DNA of 64,000 bases from Octopus sinensis (lineage: Eukaryota). The notes beneath the pieces were generated by a model. That model ran no database searches, had not been told where the DNA came from, and saw only the letters and a program-made list of their open reading frames with translations. Location of the stretch: the NCBI RefSeq assembly GCF_006345805.1, contig NC_043003.1, positions 3,038,001 through 3,102,000 of the forward strand. Reading direction: 5' to 3'. The translations under genes and the position numbers were made by a program. Positions 51,601 through 61,656 of the stretch are shown here, piece after piece; position 1 is the first letter of the stretch, and every line of letters begins with the position of its first letter.

Positions 51601-53513
51601 TTGCATAAAGTGCAGCCGGACAGTCAAGACGTGTTTATGTAATTTATATTTTTAATTTCTTTTTTAAATATTTATCACAGGCATGGCTGTGAAATTAAGA
51701 AGCTCGCTTTGCAACCACATGGTTTCGGGTTCAGTCCCACTGCACGGCATCTTGGACCGACTACGATTATGTGAGTGAATTTGGTAGACAGAATCTGTGT
51801 GGAAGCCCGTCTTATATGTATGCACATATGCTCCCTCCTCCTCCTCCTTCCTGCATTAGAGACCGATAGAATAAATACCAAACGTGAATACTTGGGTGTA
51901 ATTCTTGTCCAGCTACACATAAGAATAACCACAAACACGAGCACCATGCCGAGGATGGAAGCGGAATAAACGAGTCTCTTGTCTGTGGTTATTTTCGTAG
52001 CTTAGCAAGAGCCACTGGGGTCGAGTTGTTCGCTAAACTCTTCTAGGTGGTGCTCCAGCATGGCAGCAGTCCAATAACAGAAAGAAGTTAAAGATAACGG
52101 ACAAAGATCCGTACACTGTACAAACTAGGAGCTCTCAACCGATGCACATATAAGCTTTGGTTGTTAAAAGTTATGTCCAAGGAATCGGTTATACTTCTGC
52201 GATACACAAAATATTTCAATAACTTTAAAAATTCAATTCCTAATAGTATTTAATATTATTTTTTAAACGTGAAATGGCTGTGAGGGTCCATCCGAGTAAC
52301 ATAGGAATCGAAGAGGTAAAAAATGGTTGAGAACAACTGACATATTACACACATTCGAATTTAAGCCCGCTAACATTCCTATTGAATATACAATAATACT
52401 TGCAGCTAAAAAGAATCGTTGTTTGACAGATTTGGCGACTCTACCAAAAGATCTTTAGCTCTTTCGTTTTATTTTTCCGTTGCTGTTGTTATTGGGTGGA
52501 ATTGTAGAATCTGAGGAATCTTTGGACGATTTGTATCAGCAAATTGTAATGCAAGAAGGAATTTGGATATTTACCTTTTGACCGACAGATTTAAAAAAAT
52601 AATTTTTTGTAACTAAACATTTTCAAACTTCGGACACTGGTAGAATGTGTCATATAAAACGTCTTTTACTCTTAGCATTTCTGAGAAAAACTTATATTTA
52701 GGAAGTTATTTCACGTTAAGGTTGTCGTATTTCGGTAATTTCAACCAATCAATGACGTGTATTCGGCTGAATAAAACCACTGCCGTTGTTTACCAACAAC
52801 AACTATCGGCGGTGTATTAGTTGGACAATAGAAGGCATACGCAGCATTAAGGTTCAGAGACTCACCACTTCCTCTTTTGGCATCTTGACGTCATAGAACA
52901 AAGACCTGGTCTAGTTGGCTCTCACACACCACACGCCAGCTAGCAGACAGGAGGCAACGCACAGGAGAAGATCCTGGCCTCCACGCATCAAACCACTTCC
53001 ATTTATCATTCAGCTTGTATATATATATGTGTGGCCACATTAAAGGTATTTAAAGTTACCGCCTTGTTCCATGTATTTTTTTTTGCCGTGTTCCTGTCAA
53101 ATGATATTACAGCCTTCTGAGTTGAGTCACATTAGATGGCTCCACAACCATGATACAGACATACCATCTAAACTCCATAAACAGCATAAGGCTAGTTTCC
53201 CGAGGTGGTGCGGGAGTCTATATGTCTATCCTTGGACACGACGCCGGTCTGCCGCAGGATTATTCATTTTTGCCGGCTGAGTGGACTGGAGCAACTTGAG
53301 ATTAAGTGTTTTGCTGAAGAACACAACGCATGGTTCGGTCCAGGAACCGAACCCCCAATCTTACGATCATAAGTCCATCACCCCAACCACTAAGCCATGC
53401 GTCTCCACTGGGGGCGATATAATCGTGTAACGACCGTGCGATGCGAGGTGACGGGATTGAGTCTTTAGTACATCACATGGTCGATACAATAAATGTAAAA
53501 AGAAATATAAATA

Positions 53514-54291
53514 TGTGCCAGAGAGAAAAAGAGGAGAGACACAACCGAGTGGAATGTTTAAGAGATGATTTATTGATATGTTAACATGTGTGTCTGTGTG
53601 TGCGTCATGGATACAGAATAATAGAGAGGCCGTCATGAGAACAAAGTGTATGTGTGTGTATAGTAGGCAAGGATGTATGCGTGTGCGTTAAATATATATA
53701 GGAAGAGCAATGAATGTGACGGTGAAAGGGTTAGACGAATGTTCATAGACACAAGAATGCGAAATACCAGTTCGTAGTTAATTGTACACGATAGTTGAAA
53801 TGCTGTATCAAGAAGTTGCGGTCACGATGCGGAGCCGGTTACGGTACGTGTCGTACGAAGTTGTGGCTGTAATACTGCTGCCGGGTCACTTGGTACAGGA
53901 GTTCTCGCAGGTTATATATCGTTGTTGATCTATGGTGAAGTAATTCACGAACAGTGCAATGTTAAAACCTGGGTGAGTTGCTTATTGAGCTGTGTACGTA
54001 GAGATGATGTTGACGTTAAGAAGATGATGGTAGAGACGATGACGGAGGTTGCCGTAATGCTGTTGGACGGGTGTTGTCGTTGGAACTGACCGTGTCTTGT
54101 GTCTGGAACCAAAGATCTCGAGAATAGGTGAAGCTGGGTTTTTATAAGGAGCTGTAAGTTCAAACTGGGTTGAGAACCGGCTGTCTCGCGTGATCTTATT
54201 TAGGGGCTCCGATTGGTTATGCGTTGCATATTGGCGTGAAAGAGTAAGAGACAAACTGCGCCAAAACCAACCAATCAAAGTAGTGGACACA
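53514..54291 (-). mobile_element. Solo-LTR-like element or autonomous Pol II promoter unit
   Basis: Minus strand: TG start, two CCAAT boxes (54234-30, 54216-12), TATAAAAA (54146-39), AATAAA (53574-69), CA end. No target-site duplication found. Confidence 0.45.
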
Positions 54292-55306
54292 ACGGGGTCC
54301 AAATAGCGGCCAAAGATTAGCTGTTACCTGCTACGTTTGAAAGCAAGTATATATAATTAAGGGGAATTTCACTCGAGTGTTCGCTACCATCAGTTAACCC
54401 CCTCCCGCAAAATATCAGGCGTTGTGCCTATAGAAGTAAGGACTGTTGCTGTCACTTTTAACTTCGCTGACATTTCTGTAAAGCTTTCTTTTAACACAGA
54501 CATTTTTCACGCGCTGCTTTGGGCTAACGGAGAAACCGCTAACCAACGAGGGCGCTTCTGCTTAGTCTTTCAATGAGTTTGAAATAGAAATAAAATCTCC
54601 TTGAAATCACATCTCATCGTCTTAGAAAAGATCGTATTGGATACTATAGTTCTGGATACTTTATGGAGGGTAGAATGCCTTTAAACATAGGCCACTTCGA
54701 TCTTGACTGACTTGGGGCAGAAGATCAAAGCTACATTAAAACAACCTACCCAACAACAAGGCATTCCGTTATGGAAGGTTAACAGCCCTTTTAAAATATT
54801 TTAGTCTTATTCTAGAGCAACCAAACTACTATTTACCTCCCGCTATCAATACAACACAACGTTCTCAATACTAATGAGCAACACACGACTTAAAACAACA
54901 GACACTCTAAAACAAAAATGTTTGATCTTACAAACCTTTAAAGACCTTTCTTCAAGTCTACTCACCGCCCATCCAAATAACCGTCATAAGATAGCGTCAT
55001 AAAGATCGGAATTCTTTTTTCAGAGCTGCAATCTGTATTAGGCAAGGAATATATATATATAGATATATATATATATAATATATATAATATATATAATATA
55101 ATATAATATATATATATAATATAATATATATAATATAATATATATATAAATATATGCATATATACATACATATATGTACATACCTACATATATATGTAGT
55201 TAAAGTTAATCCAAGCATGAAAACACAAAAAGAAAACACAACAACGCGAGGAGGTGGAACAAGTATTGTGTTATTGGACGCTCAGGAAAGGAAAGAAAGA
55301 AGGAGG

Positions 55307-55341
55307 ATTTAACGTTTCGAGCGGAGCTCTTCGTCAGAAAC
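55307..55341 (-). ncRNA. Minimal type I hammerhead ribozyme (second family)
   Basis: GUUU-CUGACGA-A-GAGC(UCC)GCUC-GAAA-CG-UU-AAAU. Core and stem II intact; stem I short. Confidence 0.6.
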
Positions 55342-56126
55342 ATAGGAAAAGGAAAGATCCAAGGAAAGGAAGAAGGATGGAAAATATCGCCAACGGTACA
55401 CACGCGGTCACATTTTGAATATATGCATGTATATATACATGCATATATGGGTACAGGAAATATAAAAAAAAAAAAACATTGAACACAATGAGAAACGAAA
55501 ACAAAAACAAAAACATAGAAACGAACTTTTGGGGGAACAACGAAAAAAACAGAGAAACGAGACATGCAACATAAAGGAATTCCCTTCATCAGTTGAACCT
55601 GTTTCATCTACTCCTTTTACGAACGCAAGGACAATACGCGACTTCATGGAAACAATCCTTCCCACAAAGCAAATTAAATAAAATTTGGGATTTTTTGCGG
55701 AGGGTGAAAGGGGTAACAAAAACAAGACAGTGAGAACAAAACCGTAAAAACAAACGGTGACGGTTGTTGAGTCAAGACGATAGAAAAATTATGAACGCTT
55801 AAGGAGACGAGCTTATGAGAGGAGACAGTATAAGCACGTTTAGTCTTTACGAAGGTTGTGGGCAGAAAGATACATTCTCTTTCGTCACGTGTCAGCGACG
55901 AGAGAGTCGAGGAGGAGGAGTGAGAGAGAGGGAACGGTGAAGAGGAGAGGAGAAGAATAGGGAAGGGTGGGAGAGAATACCAGAAAGGATGAAGAACAAG
56001 ACAGGGAGAGAGATAGACAGAGAAGAGATAGTAGAGATAGAATAAGAGTGCGCATCGTAATGATTAAGATAAAACTTACTTGGAAAAGGATGCGTAACGT
56101 TCGATCATATAATAATATAAATAATA

Positions 56127-56527
56127 TCTTTATATATAAAAGTGAGGTTGTGTGCTGTCTGTCTCCTACGATTTAGATTCCTAACTACTCCCACATTTTG
56201 CGGTGCAGTGTAACCAAAACCAGGTATCTTATAGTCGTGATTCATATCGAGCCCTTCTGGGTATTAGCGCGCGTCTACGATGAGTCTGCGATTTAAAAAA
56301 AAAATTACCATCAATTTTTCCCATTTTTAATGCATTTTTTCGCTATTATATAAGGGAAGTAACTCTCTAAAAATGTCTACGATGAGTTAACGATTTAAAA
56401 AATATTTACCATAATTTTTTTTCCATTTTTAATGCATTTTTTTGCTATTTTTTGGCTATAACTCTCTAAAAATGGTTATATAGTTATTTCCCTTACAAAT
56501 CCGAGCAACGCCGGGCGATACTGCTAG
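56127..56527 (+). mobile_element. Non-autonomous Helitron
   Basis: A|TC 5' end, subterminal hairpin CCGAGCAACGCCGG, CTAG|T 3' end. Confidence 0.75.
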
Positions 56528-56944
56528 TGTATATATACATGCATATATGGGTACAGGACATAAAAATAAACGTTGAACACAATGAGAAACGAAAACATAA
56601 AAACAAAAACATAGAAAACGAACTTTTGGGGGGAACAACGACAAAAACAGAGAAACGAGACATGTAACATAAAGAATCTTTATATATATACACACACACA
56701 CACACACTTTTATTATTCATTTACTTGTTTCAGTCGTTTGACTGCGGCCATGCTAGAGCACCGCCTTCAGTCGAGCAAACCAATCCCAGGATTTTGTCAG
56801 CATAGTACTCATTATTCTATCGGTCACTTTTATCGAACCTCTAAGTTACGGGGACGTAAACACGCCAGCATCGGTTGTCAAGCGGTGTTGGGGGGGGGGG
56901 CAAACAAACAAACACACACACATACATATATGTATGTATGTATG

Positions 56945-56989
<45 letters not shown>

Positions 56990-57267
56990 CCTGCTACCCT
57001 GAAGTGCCACTCATACATAGTGTACTCTGTTCGTATACACATTCTGGATACATATTCAGAATTCGAACGAAGCTCTTTGTACGATCAAGTAATTCTCTCT
57101 CAGCAACATTCTCTACAAATAATTCGTTAATGTCCTTAATTTGGCAGGGGAGTCTGGGTATATATTCCAGCTGTGCTAAGCGAGCATTACATATTACCCG
57201 AATTCGTTTGTTGTACCCGCTTCTTTTCATCTGTCACCACCAACTGTGTTTTATCTTGCAACTCCTC

Positions 57268-57311
<44 letters not shown>

Positions 57312-59159
57312 CACCCGTTCTCCACCCTACTGCATCTCTCTAAAACTCCCAACCCCTCCCCTAATTACCATTAATCTACCTGCAAGAACGCAGACTTCGC
57401 TCAGTTATGTAAATTCCTCAGTTTATGAAGTTCTGAAGAAGTTATGAATTCTGTTTCTTTTCCTGATTGAAAGATAAGAACAAGTGAATGACTAAATGTT
57501 TTGCTAAGCCGAAGGAATGAATTAATAAGGTCGAAATAATGTTCATGGAGATTACTCTTAGGCGCCATCTGCAAGAAAAAAGATGAGTTAGTGTTTACGT
57601 TTGATGCTGGAAGCATTAGAAAGCTGAAAAGGACAAAATATGCTACGACAAAAAATGTCGCTCCCTCTCTGGGGGGGCGCTTTTCTGAGAGAAATTTGGT
57701 ATTATTAGCGTTATTGGCCTTGACATCAGCAAAAATTTCGACCGTCTCCGTCACCCGGATTACTTAGCAAAACAGCCCGCATATGGGCTCGAACCCATAT
57801 CTCAGCTTTTTGATCTGTAGCTTTCTGTCAATACAATCGTGGCTTGTGGTGACGGGCCTCCTTCTTATCCACGCTGTCAACTGTCGGTTTTAGGCGGACT
57901 TTTAGAATTTTTCAGTTTCTTTCGGGATTTTCTCCCACTTTTTTAGTACTCCTGCACTTCAAAACACTGGGTAGAAGGGGGAAGCCCCAACCCTCCTTTT
58001 TTTTTTAATCCCTGTCTTTCAAACGTCTCATCACCGAATCCCTTTCACAATGGTTGCTACAATAAAAATGATTTTTTCTTTTTTCTTTATTTTCCGTCAT
58101 TTTATTGTATTCCACATTCCAAAACACTTTTAATTCGCATTGAAAGAAATTCTTCCTCCTCCTTTATTTTTATTTTTCAAGACCCCCTCCCCCCACTTTC
58201 GCTATTCAGTAAAAAAAAACTAAAAAAAAACTAGAAAAACAAAACGAAAAGCTCTTTTAAATTGCGAACGGTAGGTTAAAGTGGGGTGGGGGTAATATTT
58301 AAAAAAATGCGAATTGCAATAGTTTCAGAATGTGGGATACAATGAAATGGGGGGAAATAATTAAAAAAAAGTGTGACTGCTGTTCCGAAGAGACAAAGAG
58401 GAGTGAGGTGGACGAAACGTTTGAAAAACAAGGATTAAAAAAAAACGTTCTCTTCAACCCCTTCCCCAGTATTTTTGAAATAGGAGTACTATAAAATGTG
58501 GGTGTGAGAGGGGGGATACTAGAAGAAACTGAGAAATTTCAATTTATGTGTGACAGCTGTTTCGAAGTATCGTACCAAGTTTGTTTCAACATAAACCCCT
58601 CCCCCCAGAAAACAAACCATAGTCATTGCATCTTTCAACAAGACATTATCGTAGTTCTCTGCTCTCATTAAACATGAGCTGCCCTCAAACAGAAACCAAT
58701 CGCTGGATCTCACTATCAACGAGGATTTTCCCTGGTGAATGCATATTCTAAGCACAGCAAAGAATGCATTTCAAAGATTGGCTTTCCTCTTCTGAGTCAG
58801 AATAGTACTTCAGCCGTCCAACAACCAGCAACAGTTGCATATGGAAGAAAACGACGGAAACTGAGGTTTTTACGAACAAAGTCTATTCTTCTTGAAAGAG
58901 TTTGGATGTTATTGTTCTTGGTGTAATTAAACCAGTATTCTAAAGTTTACTGCTAGTCGTCTGGTAGTTCGTTATGATATTCGCTTGGCTCAGCTGTTGC
59001 CCGTGTCTGTTCGCCATCCATTTTGTTTTTTCCTCTCATGCTCTCTCTCTCTCACTCTGTCTGTCCGTCCGTCTCCCCCCTCTCTCTCTCTGGTACATCC
59101 CAAAGCTCTCTCTGTGGTGGTTGCATGTGAGTGTGTGTGATTTTATATCTATTGATGGA

Positions 59160-59900
59160 CTTAGAAAGGATATTTCTTTATTAACCTATAAATGGTTTTA
59201 CATAGAGGGGACATTCCAAGGACAGACAAGGGACATTCAGGGTACAAACTCGCTTCTTACATACAATGTGAAAAACCGGATGGATTTACATATATTGTGA
59301 ATGCGGGTTAAAAATATACATATGAACGATGATCGGATGAGTTTTGGGTCCGGGTTAGTGAGTTAACCCGCCGGTTGGTTATCCCTTTTGGTAGTCTTTT
59401 TCCTTCGTTTTAATGCCCCGACCGACCGTGCAAGCACAGCCTCCTGCATTCTCATCTTTCTAACCACTGTCGTCCATCTTTTTCCAAACACTCTTTGCGG
59501 CAGGCTCCTCCTCTCCAGACGGATCTTGCTGGACAGATGGGTGGCGAAGTAATTCACCAGCCCACGTCCAGAGATGAATTGACCTGTCGCAATCCCTTTT
59601 GCTCGCGTCTTCCATACCACATCTTTCAGTATGGTTACTACGCAGAGAAAAGCTACCTTCTTTTCTTTGGCGAAAGAGGAAGCTGGTACAATCTTTATCA
59701 TGGACTCGGACGAGAGCCGTACTCTTTCCGCATCCGACAACAGCTGTTCGGCAAAGGCCATCAACTCCCTCAACTCATGGACTCAGAAGTTATGCTCGTT
59801 GGAGCCTATTCCACATGAAGTCGTGATTGGCCAGATTTTGTTGATCACGTGGGTAATATTCTTTCCAAACGAAGTCGCGATTGGCTAGATTCGCTGATCA
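59160..59900 (-). mobile_element. 5'-truncated Tx1/L1-clade LINE 3' end
   Basis: ORF2 C-terminal-like text RELMAFAEQLLS...IVPASS...FLCVV..KDVVWKTR...FGKRW, a decayed Cys/His knuckle upstream, and AATAAA in the 3' tail. Clade assignment is from recalled similarity. Confidence 0.6.
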
Positions 59901-60297
59901 TGTGAGTAACATTCCAGCGAATCGCGACACCAGGTGATTGCTGAATATTCTGCTACACACCTTATTGTTCCGCCACAGTGTCAAGAGACACTTGCTGCCC
60001 TCTAAGAGCTCACAATGTTCAAAGAGGGCTGCCCAGATTAACCCTGTGGTACCCATATGATACTCAGGGCATATTTCCCTAGTATACATGATACACATTT
60101 CCAAACGTTTTCAACCCCCATAACTTGGAACCTATGAAAGGAAAGCTTTATATCATTCAGAACCTAAGGAACATGGCTTGTTAAAAGTCTGAAAACAAAC
60201 ATAAACGTTTAGGACAAACGAAAATGACTTGGATAAGGAAAGGGTTAAGAATCATTCTAAATCTCATGCTATTCACAATCCACCGTCCACATAAACG

Positions 60298-61656
60298 ATG
60301 ACGGGTAACGGAAATCCACGGACTGCCAGCTCAGAGAGCAACACTTGCCTGGCCACAGACATCATATTGAAAATCATCTCATCAACACAAAATCAAGATA
60401 TAAAAAGTGTCTTGTCGAAATATGATATCAAACAGGAAAGTGGAGCAATATACAAAAATATTTTCACCAACTGTAAGTTTACGATGTTAAAGAAAGCAGC
60501 AGCTTTCTTGAATGATGGTGTCCAAGTTGAGCTCACAAAACCAAACCTCACCAACTGGATTATAGCAAGGATTGAAAACTTCCTCCCGGAGACTTGCAAA
60601 ATGTGTGACAAACAGTACTGCATTACATTTGGCCAAAAACCAGCTTTGGCATGCTTCATCTGTGGACAAGGAATACACGAAGCGTGCTACTTAAAAAAGA
60701 TAAATAACCACATCATTCCAGATATTCTAGGCCTACACTGGCTATGCAGTTATTGTTCACCAAGGGCCACAATAACGAATGAACCTAGGACCCTACCACA
60801 GACAGGCCGTTCTAAACAGACATTGATTGGCGAAACTGACATGGCAAATAAATCCTGCCACACACAGGCCATCCAAGTGCCTCTTGTAAATGACAAGAAT
60901 GAAGACAATGACATGCAAACACCTACAAAACAAGAAACAGGAGATCCTGCAGAAAAAGACCAAACTTCCCACGAAAAGAAACAGATCCAGAGCAAACGCT
61001 CAAATGAAGGAAGGCCAGTATGTATCCATTACAGGCGCAACAAGTGCAAACATGGTCTTTCAGGTACAGGGTGCATGTACAGTCACCCCAAACCATGCAG
61101 ACCATATATCAACTTCGGTACTGATCGAAAAAAAGGATGCCAAAATGGCCGAGAATGTGAACTCCTTCACCCAAAGATGTGCCGCAATTCGCTGAGAAAA
61201 AAAGAATGTTTTGGTGAGAATTGCAAATTTATGCACCGGAAGGGTACAATTCGCATAAAAACTACTGAACCCACACCACCAGGACCAAGCTCAGCAGGGT
61301 ATGAAAACCATTTCCCAAAAATGCGGAACCCAGGTCATGGCTCAACAGTGAATGAAAATCATGCTACTCAATTGCATACATCAGCTGTAAGAAACCCAAA
61401 CTCGCAGAAATTCGATATAGTAATGAATGAAAGCAGTTTTTTAGGCATAATCTACCAACTACAACAACAGCTGTACTCCATACAGACGACTCAGCAAAAC
61501 CAGGCAACATTGATACAAAGGCTGACACCTGGACTTACAGGGCACATACAACAAATACAGACAGCCCAGCAGACCGAATATCCAGTCAGCACAGTCCCAG
61601 CAACTACAACAGTCTTGCCAACAATAGGGCAGATGTATCCGGTACAACAAGCATAA
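60298..61656 (+). CDS. LINE ORF1p, 452 aa: PHD finger, three CCCH-type zinc fingers, Gln/Thr-rich tail
   Basis: C4HC3 spacing at 60595-60756. C-x7-C-x8-C-x3-H, C-x13-C-x5-C-x3-H and C-x8-C-x4-C-x3-H at 61021-61236. Confidence 0.85.
   Translation: MTGNGNPRTASSESNTCLATDIILKIISSTQNQDIKSVLSKYDIKQESGAIYKNIFTNCKFTMLKKAAAFLNDGVQVELTKPNLTNWIIARIENFLPETCKMCDKQYCITFGQKPALACFICGQGIHEACYLKKINNHIIPDILGLHWLCSYCSPRATITNEPRTLPQTGRSKQTLIGETDMANKSCHTQAIQVPLVNDKNEDNDMQTPTKQETGDPAEKDQTSHEKKQIQSKRSNEGRPVCIHYRRNKCKHGLSGTGCMYSHPKPCRPYINFGTDRKKGCQNGRECELLHPKMCRNSLRKKECFGENCKFMHRKGTIRIKTTEPTPPGPSSAGYENHFPKMRNPGHGSTVNENHATQLHTSAVRNPNSQKFDIVMNESSFLGIIYQLQQQLYSIQTTQQNQATLIQRLTPGLTGHIQQIQTAQQTEYPVSTVPATTTVLPTIGQMYPVQQA

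Larger units (their letters stand above)
55240..56670 (-). mobile_element. Penelope-like-element-related repeat with a duplicated terminal segment (55430-55575 repeated at 56530-56670)
   Basis: Direct repeat plus a minimal hammerhead at 55341-55307. The PLE assignment is inferred from this architecture; no RT or GIY-YIG motif was read. Confidence 0.5.

Noticed and set aside
57401-57754. 117-aa minus-strand ORF
   Set aside because: No domain, GTG start, low-complexity middle; not supportable as a gene without expression data.
57774-57840. tRNA-like T-arm hairpin (GGTTCGAGCCC) on the minus strand
   Set aside because: No D-arm, anticodon arm or matching acceptor 5' strand; not a tRNA gene.
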